A DNA stretch of 61,388 nucleotides, the filler included. It is 13 parts of 13 records of this genome, joined end to end, with 100 filler letters (N's around TTAATTAATTAA, not from the genome) between each part and the next. Parts side by side here need not be neighbours in the genome. Positions count along the whole stretch, not along the records: positions 18,678 to 25,797 come from SRR7504441_11270; positions 25,898 to 29,497 come from SRR7504441_11271; positions 29,598 to 34,405 come from SRR7504441_11272; 10 more parts are not named here. One strand, given 5' to 3'. A program made the translations under genes and the position numbers. Shown piece after piece: positions 22,282 through 32,985 of this stretch; positions within the stretch are counted from its first letter, which is position 1; each line of letters opens with the position of its first letter. The notes under the pieces are model-generated. The model was given only the letters and a program-made list of their open reading frames with translations. It made no database searches and was not told where the DNA came from.

Positions 22282-24279
22282 TCAGGTTCTCAGCCGACCG
22301 TCCGACTTGGCAGGCATGTCATAGCGGGGGCCAGCAGCAACAACGACGGCCGCAGCAGCAGGTGGCAAAGCAGCATTGGGCTCGATTCGAATATTACCAG
22401 CCACGCTGAATCCAGGGTCGACCTTGTGGCAAGTCGCTGAGCGAACGCTGCACGTGCTTGTGCCATTAGAACGGACCCAATTATCTGTGACGTTGATTCT
22501 GCAGTCGACCTGCTGGCCGCTCGCACCGGGGCACTGCCAGCCGAACGGCCTGACTGTAGCCCATGTATCCCAAGGCCCATCAAGCACATTAGCTGTATCC
22601 GTGAAGCCGCCACTCCCTTGGTCGTGATATATAGCGTGGCCACCGTGCCCAAATGGGCCATACCCCGGGATCTCTACATCGGCGTGTAAGATGTAGTTCT
22701 CTCGAATCGAGCTTCCGGGCTGAGGGCCGAGGGTGTAAACTCCGCCACCATCGCAGCACCGGCCCGAGAGCAGCACTCGCTCGATCTTGTTAGCGATCAC
22801 GTGATTGTCACCGCGGCGACTCGCCTCACGCCCCCAGCCCCAGCCCAGACTGATCCCCGAATAGGACGTGTTTGCGATGTGGTTGTGCTGAATGTGCGTA
22901 GAGGCCACGTAACCACCAAAGATTGCTGCAGCGCCTGTGAACTCAACAGGCAGATTAGCAATCATACAATCTTCTACAGTAAAATTCTGATCCCACTGTG
23001 TAGAGTCGCCGTTGCTCCAGGTGGTCACATCCCCCAGCGCGATGGCCCCTGCGCTCGCATCAACGAAATCACAGCCCCTCCATGAGATATTCTGTGAGCC
23101 GTTCCTTGCACTAGCGGCATACGCCCCGAGGTGCCGGAAACTGCAGTTTGAAAATTCGATATTTCGACCGGAGGATATGGCTACATTCCCCGGCGTCGCG
23201 ATGAAACTGTCGTGTTTGCCACAGCCCGCCTGCAGCTCAACAGAGTATGGGCAAATGTCGCACGCACCTGTCTGCTCTTCGACATACCCTTCGTTCTGCA
23301 TTGGTCTGAGCCATGTGCCGTACTCGAAGGTGACCCCATCCCACTTATGGTTGCTGGCGCCATCGTGCTTGACCAGTGTCTCTTCGACAGCCACTACGAC
23401 CTCCACCGTGTCCATGCGCTGTCCGGCGAATGGGAAATAAAACACTTTCTGCTCGGAACTGTCAAAGTACCATTGGCCAGGCGAGGACAGGTGTTCTCGC
23501 ACATTCTCCACGTACAATGGAAGCCTGTCGCCCATCGCCAATGGACGACCCATGATCAGATTCCAAAAGCAAGGCTGTTTCATCGTCACGTTGACTCCTG
23601 CCCTCCCAGCATGCACCCGGTCCACCGCGCAGCGCTGCTCGGCCCACGATGCTATCACCCCCGAGTACACAAACTCGACCTCTCCCGGGTTGCTCCATGA
23701 AAGCAGCTCAGTCGAATTGGCAGAGTACGTACAAGCCACGCAGGTTGGGTCGGTGCTGAGCATTAGCCCCGGCAACGCGCTGCTCACGTTCCGTCGGGTC
23801 CTGGCTGCCCGTGCACCGTCCACAAAGAGGTGCCGCGCAGTCCGTCCCCGGAGCGCCGCGGGTGCCGGCGCAGAGTAAATGCCGCTCGGCATGGCAGGGT
23901 CGCCGGCGAGCTTCCACCCAGTCACCAACTCCCCGCCCGACACGGCCGAGGCACCGCGGGTCCCAAGCCAGTACACGGCGTGGCCGTCCGCCGGGGAGTG
24001 GCTTGCGTCGAGCAGCAGCCCGCCGCTGGGGACCCGGTGCCGCCCGGGCGAGAGCTGGACCACAACGCTCTGCTCTCGCTCGGAGGCCAGCGCCGCTCGC
24101 ACCCGTCGCTGGGCCGCGGCCACAGTTCTGAGCGAAGATGCGCTGGTACGCCCGTCGTTGAGGTCGTGGCCAAGCCGGGGGTCGACGTATAGCTGGAGGC
24201 ACGGGCTGGGAGGCACAACAGCGCTCCGAGCTTCCAGCGCCAAGAGCACCACGGCCCAAAGACCCCGCCGGCGAGCCAT
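22282..24279 (-). CDS. Secreted right-handed beta-helix protein (pectin-lyase-like, GH141-like)
   Basis: Signal peptide; LYVDPRLGHDLNDG, RHLFVDGARA, YVENVREHLSSPGQWY, IQHNHIANTSYSGISLGWGW, DGGGVYTLGPQ, AIYHDQGS parallel beta-helix motifs; intronless. Confidence 0.8.
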   Translation of the reverse strand: MARRRGLWAVVLLALEARSAVVPPSPCLQLYVDPRLGHDLNDGRTSASSLRTVAAAQRRVRAALASEREQSVVVQLSPGRHRVPSGGLLLDASHSPADGHAVYWLGTRGASAVSGGELVTGWKLAGDPAMPSGIYSAPAPAALRGRTARHLFVDGARAARTRRNVSSALPGLMLSTDPTCVACTYSANSTELLSWSNPGEVEFVYSGVIASWAEQRCAVDRVHAGRAGVNVTMKQPCFWNLIMGRPLAMGDRLPLYVENVREHLSSPGQWYFDSSEQKVFYFPFAGQRMDTVEVVVAVEETLVKHDGASNHKWDGVTFEYGTWLRPMQNEGYVEEQTGACDICPYSVELQAGCGKHDSFIATPGNVAISSGRNIEFSNCSFRHLGAYAASARNGSQNISWRGCDFVDASAGAIALGDVTTWSNGDSTQWDQNFTVEDCMIANLPVEFTGAAAIFGGYVASTHIQHNHIANTSYSGISLGWGWGREASRRGDNHVIANKIERVLLSGRCCDGGGVYTLGPQPGSSIRENYILHADVEIPGYGPFGHGGHAIYHDQGSGGFTDTANVLDGPWDTWATVRPFGWQCPGASGQQVDCRINVTDNWVRSNGTSTCSVRSATCHKVDPGFSVAGNIRIEPNAALPPAAAAVVVAAGPRYDMPAKSDGRLRT

Positions 24280-24450
24280 GAGCATCGGCGGGATTGACCG
24301 TTACTGCGGGTAGCTTCCGTGGATCAGTAACTGTTACGTTCAGCAAACTAAGACGGCTGGTAGCAAATCGATACTCCACCAATATAATTATATATACAAG
24401 CGAAAGTTTAGCAAACACCTGAGTACCGGTATCTTTGATACTATGAGCGG

Positions 24451-25623
24451 CTATGAGTGGCTGCCAACGAAGGCCGCCTCGTCGTATTCCTTGAATTTCT
24501 GCTCGAGCTCAGAGAACGGCACTAGCGGCCGGTCCACATCACTTCGAGTCGACTTGATCACCTTCTGGACGCATTGCCGGAGCTGCTTAGTGCGCAGGAT
24601 CGTCCCCCACGCGGGTGACGGGTGCTCGAACTCGAGCTCCGTAGAGACAACCTCAAACTGCTCCGGGTCGACCTCGGGCTCCGGTGCAAGCGCAGCGCTG
24701 AGCAACGAGCGGCAGGCCACTAGTCCCTCAGCCACCTCCAGCAGCAGCGGCGAGCACAGGGCTTCCCCGTCGACGGCCGCCTCGGGCCGCCACGCTGCAG
24801 CCTCGGCCCCGTCCTTTGCCCGGATGTCTCTAAAGTATTTCAGCGCCGCCCTGTGCTCGGCGCGCTTGCTCGCCATCATGGACCTCTCGGCCGCCTTGGC
24901 CTCCTCTGTCTTGGGCTTGGGCTTGCGCGGCGACAAGGCCTCCCTCTGGACCCCGCTCTCCCAAGGCAGCTCCTCCTCGGACGGCTGCAGCTTGCGCGTC
25001 GCCGGCTCGATGCACAGCGAGCGTGCGTGGATCGACCGCCTGCCCCGATCGCGCGAGGACGGGCTGCTCGCCTCCGGCAGGCCGTCCGGCTCGCCCAACC
25101 GTCGCGAGAGCCGTTGCTCGGCTGTCTCACGGCCGATTGCTGTGTCCGGCGCCGTGGACTTCGGGCCGTCGGGGAGCCCGGCTTCTCGGCTGCCGGCTGG
25201 CTCCACTGGCTCGACTGGCTCGACTGGCTCCGCTTGCTTCGGTGGGCTGCGTGGGCTGGACCAATCAATGCCCATCACCTTCCTGGCCCCAAGAAAAGTC
25301 ATAATCTTCTCGTCCTCCTTCTGCTCCCTCTCGTGCTCCGGCGAGCTCGGGCGGGTCAGCCCCGGCAGCTCCCGCTTGGTCTCGGGAGCTTTGGCCTTTC
25401 GGTGTGACCGCGCCCCGCCCGGTGCCAGGCCAGAGCTGCCGGTCAGCTTGCGCGGCCGGTCAGCGGCCTGCTTGAACCGTCGGGCCTGCTTGACCTCCGC
25501 CAGGGCCGCCTGCTCTGGAGTGCACCGAGGCGCCCAGCCGGCCTGGGCCGCCCGCGCGTGGAACTGGTCCGGGAGCCGCTCCTCGCCAGCTTGCGGCCCT
25601 AAGCTCATCTCTCTGTACCCCAA
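24451..25623 (-). CDS. Hypothetical low-complexity protein
   Basis: 390-aa ORF with natural amino-acid usage and EPV repeats, ending at an AT-rich intergenic tract; 5' end uncertain. Confidence 0.5.
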   Translation of the reverse strand: MGYREMSLGPQAGEERLPDQFHARAAQAGWAPRCTPEQAALAEVKQARRFKQAADRPRKLTGSSGLAPGGARSHRKAKAPETKRELPGLTRPSSPEHEREQKEDEKIMTFLGARKVMGIDWSSPRSPPKQAEPVEPVEPVEPAGSREAGLPDGPKSTAPDTAIGRETAEQRLSRRLGEPDGLPEASSPSSRDRGRRSIHARSLCIEPATRKLQPSEEELPWESGVQREALSPRKPKPKTEEAKAAERSMMASKRAEHRAALKYFRDIRAKDGAEAAAWRPEAAVDGEALCSPLLLEVAEGLVACRSLLSAALAPEPEVDPEQFEVVSTELEFEHPSPAWGTILRTKQLRQCVQKVIKSTRSDVDRPLVPFSELEQKFKEYDEAAFVGSHS

Positions 25624-26066
25624 CGTAGCCCTGTTGCCAACCTCTCAACGGCTTCGCTTCGGGCTCATTGGAGGTGGATGGCCGACCGGGTGGAGAAGTT
25701 CGCGGCGGACCAGGCCAAGGCGCTGGCCCAGCCGGCCCGGGCACAGTCGGAGATCGGCCGGCTGCGCGGCTGGCTGCAGAAGCACCAGGAGGAGTGCNNN
25801 NNNNNNNNNNNNNNNNNNNNNNNNNNNNNNNNNNNNNNNNNTTAATTAATTAANNNNNNNNNNNNNNNNNNNNNNNNNNNNNNNNNNNNNNNNNNNNCAG
25901 GACGTAATACAGAACTTGATTGATTGACAAGACCAGTACTATACAGTAGACTCTACTACCGGTACCCATAGTACTAGTCCCATACTTGTACGTATCGTAG
26001 CGCTAGCCAGACTGTACGCGTACCGAACACAGAAAAGCCAATTGAGCGTATCTGGTTGATCTGGGC

Positions 26067-26699
26067 ATGTTGTGTCGCCAGCTGACGGGCGTGGCGCTGC
26101 TGATGCTGGTGGCAACGGAGGGTGTGTGGCTGGCAGCAAAGGATGACGGGCTCAAGGCGCTCAACCACAAATTCGTGGATCTGGATGCCAAGGCCTTGGA
26201 GCTGTCCAGTCAGCAGCGGGCCTGTGGCAACAACCGGACGTGCCACACCGAGGTGCTGAACAAGGCGATCGAGGCGGAAGAGTATTTGGTGGATCCTGCC
26301 TCGCTCAAGGTGTGCGTCGATAAGGAGAAGGCGCTGAAGAGCGAAATACTTCTTGAGGCCAATGACATGCACAAGATCCGGGTTCAGATAGCGAAGCTCA
26401 AGCTGAAATTGGAGCACGCCCAGAGCAAAGCCGAATCCCGAGAGCTCGGGCTGGACGAGGACCCGCTGCTGGGCGGCCGGGAGTTTCAAATGCTGGAGAA
26501 CGCGCTTGACGTGGATGTGAAGTTCAAGCAGGTCAAATTTAATTCGACGGAAGAGTTCAGGAACGTGTACGAGTGCGAGAGGGACCAGGAGGCCTTGGCT
26601 CGGCATCTCAAGATGATGAAAATGCAAAAAATTGACCTGGAAATGCAGGGCCAGGCCCTCTCGCAGAAGGGCACTTATGATGTGCCAGTGCGGAGCTAG
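26067..26699 (+). CDS. Hypothetical secreted coiled-coil protein
   Basis: Signal-like MLCRQLTGVALLMLVATEG, heptad-rich helical body, flanked by AT-rich intergenic DNA. Confidence 0.65.
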   Translation: MLCRQLTGVALLMLVATEGVWLAAKDDGLKALNHKFVDLDAKALELSSQQRACGNNRTCHTEVLNKAIEAEEYLVDPASLKVCVDKEKALKSEILLEANDMHKIRVQIAKLKLKLEHAQSKAESRELGLDEDPLLGGREFQMLENALDVDVKFKQVKFNSTEEFRNVYECERDQEALARHLKMMKMQKIDLEMQGQALSQKGTYDVPVRS

Positions 26700-26733
26700 A
26701 GATATTCAGACTTTACGGAGTCACGAGTAGTAC

Positions 26734-27204
26734 GTATCGCAGCAGCTTGGAAAAGTGGAGCACAAGCTGTGCAGTGACCAATCCCTTAAGAACCCGGAGC
26801 TTGCCAGCTACTATCAGTACTGGGAGCAGCGAATCTACAAAGCACTGTGCTATATGATCATCTCTGCATTCAAGTCTATGAATGCAAACCTATCCAAACG
26901 GCCAAACAAGTTCTCTACAGAGACAACTGCGCTATTCAATGTGGCGGTTAACCTGATCCCGCCAGATGTTGTGATGACACCAGATAGCGATCAAGTCAGG
27001 GGCACGCTCATGCGTCTCTGGAAAAACATCCTTGCTTCATCCAAGCGATTCTTTCGCTGGATGGACGGCACATGCATTGAATGCAAGCCCATCCCAATTG
27101 GCAACCAGGCCGGCGCTGGGATGGAGGATGACGAGGAATTCATATATTCATACTTCATGGACGTCCAGCATGACGCTAACGTGAATAAGATCTTCACAGA
27201 TATT
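26734..27204 (+). pseudogene. DNAH10: Inverted internal fragment of axonemal dynein heavy chain (DNAH10/1-alpha type)
   Basis: LGKVEHKL..LASYYQYWEQRIY, FFRWMDGTCIEC and YSYFMDV resemble the DNAH10 tail downstream of the minus-strand piece; no start codon context of its own. Confidence 0.65.
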
Positions 27205-29270
27205 TGGACTCCTGGATAATGATGGTCAGCTCGTGGGAAAATGCCACTCGGAACAAAGTCTTGTGAGATTCATCTTCCCATTCGAGGATTGGCTTCTTGA
27301 GCAGGTCCATTACCACCTGGCAAACAACAATAATTAAAATATGAATGAAGAAATGGACACCTTGGTTGAGCTCTGCTTGAAATCCTCGTACAGCTTGTTA
27401 TTAAAGTCCCGGATTGCCTTACCAAGTGTGATGTACTTCTTCTTGATCTCTTCGCCCTGCTCGTTCTCCAACAGCTTACCTTGAACAAACCGGAGCATTG
27501 TCCTCTTCACCCTCCAGTACAGACCTCGCGACCAGTCAATTGCCCCAGCCACTGGAGGCTGATTTTTGGTCCGAGGTGGCTCATGTCTATCCCTCTCAAA
27601 CAACGAAATCACTAGATCAAGCTCGCGATCAAACTGGTTGAGGATCTCGGGGACTTTGCCCTTGAGGATGTTTCGGATTGTATTATGCCCTTCAATTCGC
27701 TGTAGCTTCATCTGAAGGTCAAAAGCCGACTCACCATGCCACCTTCTCCAGAATCCCTCCCATCGCGTCGTCGTTGTTTAGGTTTCGCGAGATGATCCAA
27801 ACCATTCGGAGCGCATTCATTAATCTCCCAAGCGTTTCAATGATCACTGGGAGCGAGCCCAGTGAGACGTTTTTAAAGTGACGCTCAAGGGTGCCGAGGA
27901 ACTTAACGTTGTCTTTGGCCACGCCATACACCACCTACAGTCACATATGCATCAATCTGTGCAAAGGTGGTAAAGAAAGTCACTTTGAGTTCGTTTAGCT
28001 GCAGTTCGAACCCCGAGAGCAGTTGGGATTCGACAGCTCGGAGCACCTCCAGGATTCGTTGGACTTTCTCACCCTGCAACTGCTCGTACATCGCAGTGAA
28101 CGCCGCATTACGACCTGAGCCCTCGGTGAACGGTCCCCACCAGCGCGGGCCTTACCCCGCCAGTAGTCAATTTCTGCCATCGGACCGTTCCCTGGCCTTG
28201 GCCGGCGGCCTTCGTGCTCAATCAGTCGGACGATCGCGTTGATCCAGTCCTCCACTGCGTTGTCCAGCACCGCGATCACCTGCACACCTCTTAATCACCA
28301 GTAAGTGATGGTAATCACTTCGGAGGTCTCGTCTACTTGGTCGAGCGGCGGCAACTCTACGTCCGGGATCTTGATATGCGAATCGCTCTCAACTTGCTGC
28401 AGCGCCGCCCCCACCTGCGTGGCACCAGATCAGCACTCGATTGTCAGGAAAGTCCACCTGAGACGAAAACTTCTGCATAACGGCGAGAAATTCGTTGGTT
28501 AAACCGTCACGACCATGGAGTGAGGCGGTCATGTCCCCAGGCAGCCGTTGTCCCAGATGGGTGTTTGCCAGCATCGGCCGGTATATTTCGGTCAGACTGA
28601 GCTTGACTACTTTCAGTGAAGGAACAGCCATTGATCCGAATGAGAACCAACTGAGCATATCGCTCTGGACTGGTCCAGGCTTGCGTTTCATAAAATAGAT
28701 CCCCGGCACATCAGTAGCCACGGCCGGCAGCTGGTCCGTACCCACGCGCACCGCCAGCCGCTGCTCTGACTGTTGCAATTCATTCTGGTTTTGGTCTGGA
28801 GCCGGCTCGGCGGCCTCTTTGACCGGCTCGGCGACCTCTTTGACCGGCTCGGCGTCCTTCTCTGCCACTAGCTCCTCCGCCGCCCCTGGTGCCTCATCCT
28901 CGGCTGTCGACTCCTCGGGCGCCGGCGCTGCCTCCTCATCCGGCGTTGCCTCTGGCTGCGCCACCGGCTCCTGCACCGGCTTCTGCACCGACCCCAGCTC
29001 CAGATCGACTGCCGGGTTCCTCCTCGGCCCGCTCCCAATCAGATAGAATAGTACGAGATTGGGGGTGGCGCGGGATGGCCCGTCCCCATCCCCTTCGAGC
29101 AGCGAGGTCAGTTGTTCGAGCGCCTGGGCCGCGGCGGCCCGGCTCTCCTGGCAAGCGATCGAATTGCCCTCCCGCCCTGTGAGCATCTCGTCGAAGAGAG
29201 TTCCATCGCAGCCGAGCGTGTCACAGGTCCGCTTGCGCAGCCACTTAATCCGGTCGTCGTCTGTCGCCAT
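27194..29270 (-). pseudogene. DNAH10: 5' portion of axonemal dynein heavy chain (DHC_N1, DNAH10-type), internally deleted and truncated
   Basis: MATDDDRIKW start, GPMAEIDYWR, AKDNVKFLGTLERHFKN, MNALRMVWIISR, NQPPVAGAIDW, QESKYL then TGA; introns such as 28415-28457 and 28280-28318 are intact. Confidence 0.7.
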
Positions 29271-29597
29271 GGCACCTACCGCCCCGCGCCTGTTTTCGCC
29301 GGCATGAAGTCTATCTTTGTACCACGCGCTCCGCAAAAATTGCGAGTCCTCCACCACAAAAATAGTACCGGTACGAACTACTCGTATGTACGTGTACGAC
29401 GCGTACGAAGTACTGTACCACCCTATTAGCAACGCCTTTCGCGCTTTTTGGGACGATAATTTAGTCAATGTTTAATGTAGCTAGAGACTAATCCTCGNNN
29501 NNNNNNNNNNNNNNNNNNNNNNNNNNNNNNNNNNNNNNNNNTTAATTAATTAANNNNNNNNNNNNNNNNNNNNNNNNNNNNNNNNNNNNNNNNNNNN

Positions 29598-31295
29598 CTC
29601 CGTTACTTTTACTGGTACGTCGGGGTGGTGCTGGTCCCGATCGACTCGCTGCTGATCTATCTGAGAGTGAAGCTCGAGCCACTTAGACCGTTGGCTAACT
29701 TGTTCTATTATCATTTGTCTCAGCTCGCTCAGATGGGTGGCAGACTGGCGGGCATGTTTGGTCCGCAATTCTGGCTCGGGATCCAACGGATATCAAAGCT
29801 GCTCGGCCTGGGCCGCGTGGTGGAGGCCTCGCTGCACAACATCCAGCATCACCCGAGGGTGCAGCAAGTGGTTGGATACATCTCCCCATCCAAGGCCAAG
29901 CCCGAGCCAACCGAGGCCGACTCGCCCACCAGCGACTGCAGCCCGTCGATGGTGCGGGCGCGCACGGCTCCAGCCGATCTGCAGCGGCAACCGCACGAGG
30001 AGAGCATTCCGGCCAATTCGACTGCAGGCTCGGGCAGGACTCAGCCCAGCGAGGGCCGAGCTGAGACTGCGGTGGAGCAGGCGGAGGCCAAAGAGAAGAA
30101 GCTGAATGAGGAGAGCGACCGGCTCGCTGCGGAGGTGGATGGCGTCCTGGCCGATTTCGATGCATTAATTAGCGACATGCCTCTGTCGGAGTCTGAGACG
30201 GCGTCTTCGGTGCAGCCGACGGAGCAGGCGCTCTCAAAGGAGCGTTCTTTGGTCGAGCAAGCTGAGGCCTGGCAAGCTCCGACCGACCCAATCTCGCTGC
30301 GGCTGGCCAGCACTAGCGACGTACCTGTTGTGGACCTCTCTGGCTACTTGGAGGCCGGATGCCGACCGGGAGCCGCGCTGGACGAGGCGGCTGCAGTGCT
30401 GCGGCGGGCGGCCGAAGAGATAGGGTTCTTGTACCTTGCTGGCCACGGGCTCGAGCCTCAGGCTATCAAGGACGGGTGGGACGCTCTGACCGAGTTCAGG
30501 GGCATGTCCACTGCGGAGAAGGAGGCAGTGCTGATGGATGCCGGGCCAGGATGCCCGGGCGGCTGTGGATACCTGCCACTGAACAACAAGAAGCTTCCGG
30601 CCCGATCGAGCGGGAACATGGTGGAGGCTTTCGTGATTAAACGCGAGCTAGGCCCGCGCGACATCACCTTAGACAAGATGGCATGGCCCACTGGCCGTGC
30701 CGAGTTCCGGCGGCGACTCGTGGCTTACGCGGCGGCAATGGAAGAGCTGGCTCTCAAGCTCTTGCCGCTGTATGCTAGAGCGTTGGACATGCCACCCGAT
30801 TATTTCAGCGAGGCCTTTAAAAGCCCCATGTGGCGACTGCGGATGAATATGTACCCTACAGTCACAGAGCTCAGCAATGCCGGGTTCGAGGCCGGTGCCA
30901 ATTACGGCATCAACCCTCACGTGGATACTTCCTTCTTCACGATTCTAGCTGCCCAGGGCGGTGATGGCGCGGGGACTGTTGTGCACAGCTCTAAGACCGA
31001 CGAGTGGCTACGAGTGCCGCAGCAGCGGGATAGCAACGGCGAGTCTATGCTGCTTGTGAACGCAGGGGAGCTGCTCCGGACCGCCACGAATGACAGATGG
31101 CTCGCCACAAGGCACTATGCGCTCAATCCTGGGGCAATGGGAGAGTCCGCGCAGCGCGACTCGCTGGCGTTCTTCTTTGTGGCCACGGCTGATTATAAGC
31201 TCGAGGTGGTGCCCAGCTGTTGCAGTGATGAGTATCCTGCAAAGTACCCGCCAACGTCTTACTTGGACGGGCAAGGCGTGGCGCAAGGAGAGTGA
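29598..31295 (+). CDS. 2-oxoglutarate/Fe(II) dioxygenase (IPNS/DIOX family) with long unrelated N-terminal region, 5'-truncated
   Basis: VPVVDLS, IGFLYLAGHG, PHVDTSFFTI (HxD), LVNAGELL..TNDRWLATRH (distal His), RDSLAFF. Confidence 0.85.
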   Translation, partial: LRYFYWYVGVVLVPIDSLLIYLRVKLEPLRPLANLFYYHLSQLAQMGGRLAGMFGPQFWLGIQRISKLLGLGRVVEASLHNIQHHPRVQQVVGYISPSKAKPEPTEADSPTSDCSPSMVRARTAPADLQRQPHEESIPANSTAGSGRTQPSEGRAETAVEQAEAKEKKLNEESDRLAAEVDGVLADFDALISDMPLSESETASSVQPTEQALSKERSLVEQAEAWQAPTDPISLRLASTSDVPVVDLSGYLEAGCRPGAALDEAAAVLRRAAEEIGFLYLAGHGLEPQAIKDGWDALTEFRGMSTAEKEAVLMDAGPGCPGGCGYLPLNNKKLPARSSGNMVEAFVIKRELGPRDITLDKMAWPTGRAEFRRRLVAYAAAMEELALKLLPLYARALDMPPDYFSEAFKSPMWRLRMNMYPTVTELSNAGFEAGANYGINPHVDTSFFTILAAQGGDGAGTVVHSSKTDEWLRVPQQRDSNGESMLLVNAGELLRTATNDRWLATRHYALNPGAMGESAQRDSLAFFFVATADYKLEVVPSCCSDEYPAKYPPTSYLDGQGVAQGE

Positions 31296-31480
31296 CCAAT
31301 TAAAGATGATGACAGATTATCCGACTATGTATAGGTAGACTGTATGTGAATAATTAATTACATGTAATGCAGTTTTAAAACCCGTCGACTAGTAAGAGCC
31401 AACGGGCGTGTTCAACCTATGGTTGGAACTAGTAGTGTATATCTGTACGTACCGCATGCTGACAATCCGCTAATAATCTG

Positions 31481-32830
31481 TTATTGAGTGCGGACACGTT
31501 GTTGGGTTGGGGCTCCAACATCCGCACGCATCGTCATGTTATGCCGCTCCAAACAGCCGATATAGTCTGCGTCGCCTTTCTCGGACATGAGGATAGGGCA
31601 TAACAGTCCGCTCTTGCACCGGCCTCCTCCGCCGTGCGGGCTGTACACATCGGCTGTCCAGTCGTTGGTGCACGCAGTTGCGACTCCCGGGAAGGACGCA
31701 GACGCCTGGCTGTATACTTGGAAGAGGTCGTCATCATCCCACATGGCCGCGGCAAAACGTGCCAGCGACGTGACCGAGAGGTCCGTTAGGTTGTACAGTG
31801 TCAACGGCGAGTAAGCCCACCAGACTGCTGCGCCGACCCGATTGGACGAGGTAAGGTCCATCGTCCACTGGGTATAGTTGGAGATTGCGAATGAGTGATC
31901 GTCATAACTGAACATCCGTACTGCAGGATTCGTCGAAGGGTTGTATGGTGGAAGAGACGGTACAATAAAGTACGGAATTGCGCCGCCGAGCACACGGAAC
32001 TCGTCGCTGTGAGTGTGCCCTGAGACCACCGCAACCACCGCATCGCGGTAACGGAGAAGCAACGCAAAGAATGCGTCCTGGAAATCAGGGTCCCAGCAGT
32101 CCCCTGCGTACCCGTTGCTGCACGTGCAGTTGTAGCACGAGGCCGGCCCCGCTGGGATGTGCGCTCCCACCAGCACCTTCTTCCCCATCTCATCTGCCTC
32201 AGACAGCTGAGCTTGTGCCCAACCCAACACCTCGCTCGAGAGGTGCTGCGTATTGATGCTCAGCACCCGCAGTGACCCGACCTCATGCGCATAGTACCCG
32301 CCGACACTGGCCGTCGCGTTCTGTGCGCGGGACAGCGGCACGCCCCAGGCCGCCGCCAGCTTGGAATAGAAGCCCGGGCCCGGGTCGCTATTGTACGGCC
32401 ATGTGTCGTGGTTGCCCACCGCCGCAATGATGGGCACCTCCGGCCCCGGGAAGCGGGACTCGATCAGGTCTCCGAGCAGCTCAGTCGAAGCGAGTACCAG
32501 CTCCTCGGAGTCCTCGGCTAAATGCCCGTAATTATCGCCCAGCCAGAGGACGAAATCGGGCCTGGGCTGCACCGCCTTCATGTGATCCAGGCTGCTCTGC
32601 CACAGCCGGAGCGAGCTGGAGCACCCGAAGCTGCCGAACTTGCCCGGCATGAGCGCCGGCTGGCCGGTCGGCTTGTGGCACTGGGAGAGGACTGAGGCGG
32701 CGGCCGGGTCCTGGAGCGGCGGGGTGGCGTTGAAGAAGTTATTAATGTGCCAGTCGGTCACCACCCAGAACGAGCCGGCCCGGGCCAGCAGCGGCAGCAA
32801 GGCCAGGAGCAGCGGTACGGAGCCCGGCAT
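31481..32830 (-). CDS. Secreted acid sphingomyelinase-like (SMPDL3) metallophosphoesterase
   Basis: Signal peptide; TDWH, WLGDNYGH, AVGNHD, AHIP, SGHTHSDEF, NPAVRMFSYD. Confidence 0.88.
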   Translation of the reverse strand: MPGSVPLLLALLPLLARAGSFWVVTDWHINNFFNATPPLQDPAAASVLSQCHKPTGQPALMPGKFGSFGCSSSLRLWQSSLDHMKAVQPRPDFVLWLGDNYGHLAEDSEELVLASTELLGDLIESRFPGPEVPIIAAVGNHDTWPYNSDPGPGFYSKLAAAWGVPLSRAQNATASVGGYYAHEVGSLRVLSINTQHLSSEVLGWAQAQLSEADEMGKKVLVGAHIPAGPASCYNCTCSNGYAGDCWDPDFQDAFFALLLRYRDAVVAVVSGHTHSDEFRVLGGAIPYFIVPSLPPYNPSTNPAVRMFSYDDHSFAISNYTQWTMDLTSSNRVGAAVWWAYSPLTLYNLTDLSVTSLARFAAAMWDDDDLFQVYSQASASFPGVATACTNDWTADVYSPHGGGGRCKSGLLCPILMSEKGDADYIGCLERHNMTMRADVGAPTQQRVRTQ

Positions 32831-32985
32831 TGAAGCTGGCCGCTGGAGCTGTGCCCGGAGTGCTATCTCGAGGACCGAATTCACGTTCACGTACTCGCGT
32901 TCCCGTCTTGACCCTCCTCGTTCACGTCGCTTACTTCGTTCCGTTGCAAAACCGTTGTATGCCAACGGACGAACAAGCTGCTGCG

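Noticed and set aside
24443-25849. Long antisense or alternative-frame ORFs (also 10641-11447, 18626-20239 upstream part, 57576-58538 and many others)
   Set aside because: Shadow ORFs caused by high GC; Arg/Pro/Ala-rich and opposite recognisable genes.
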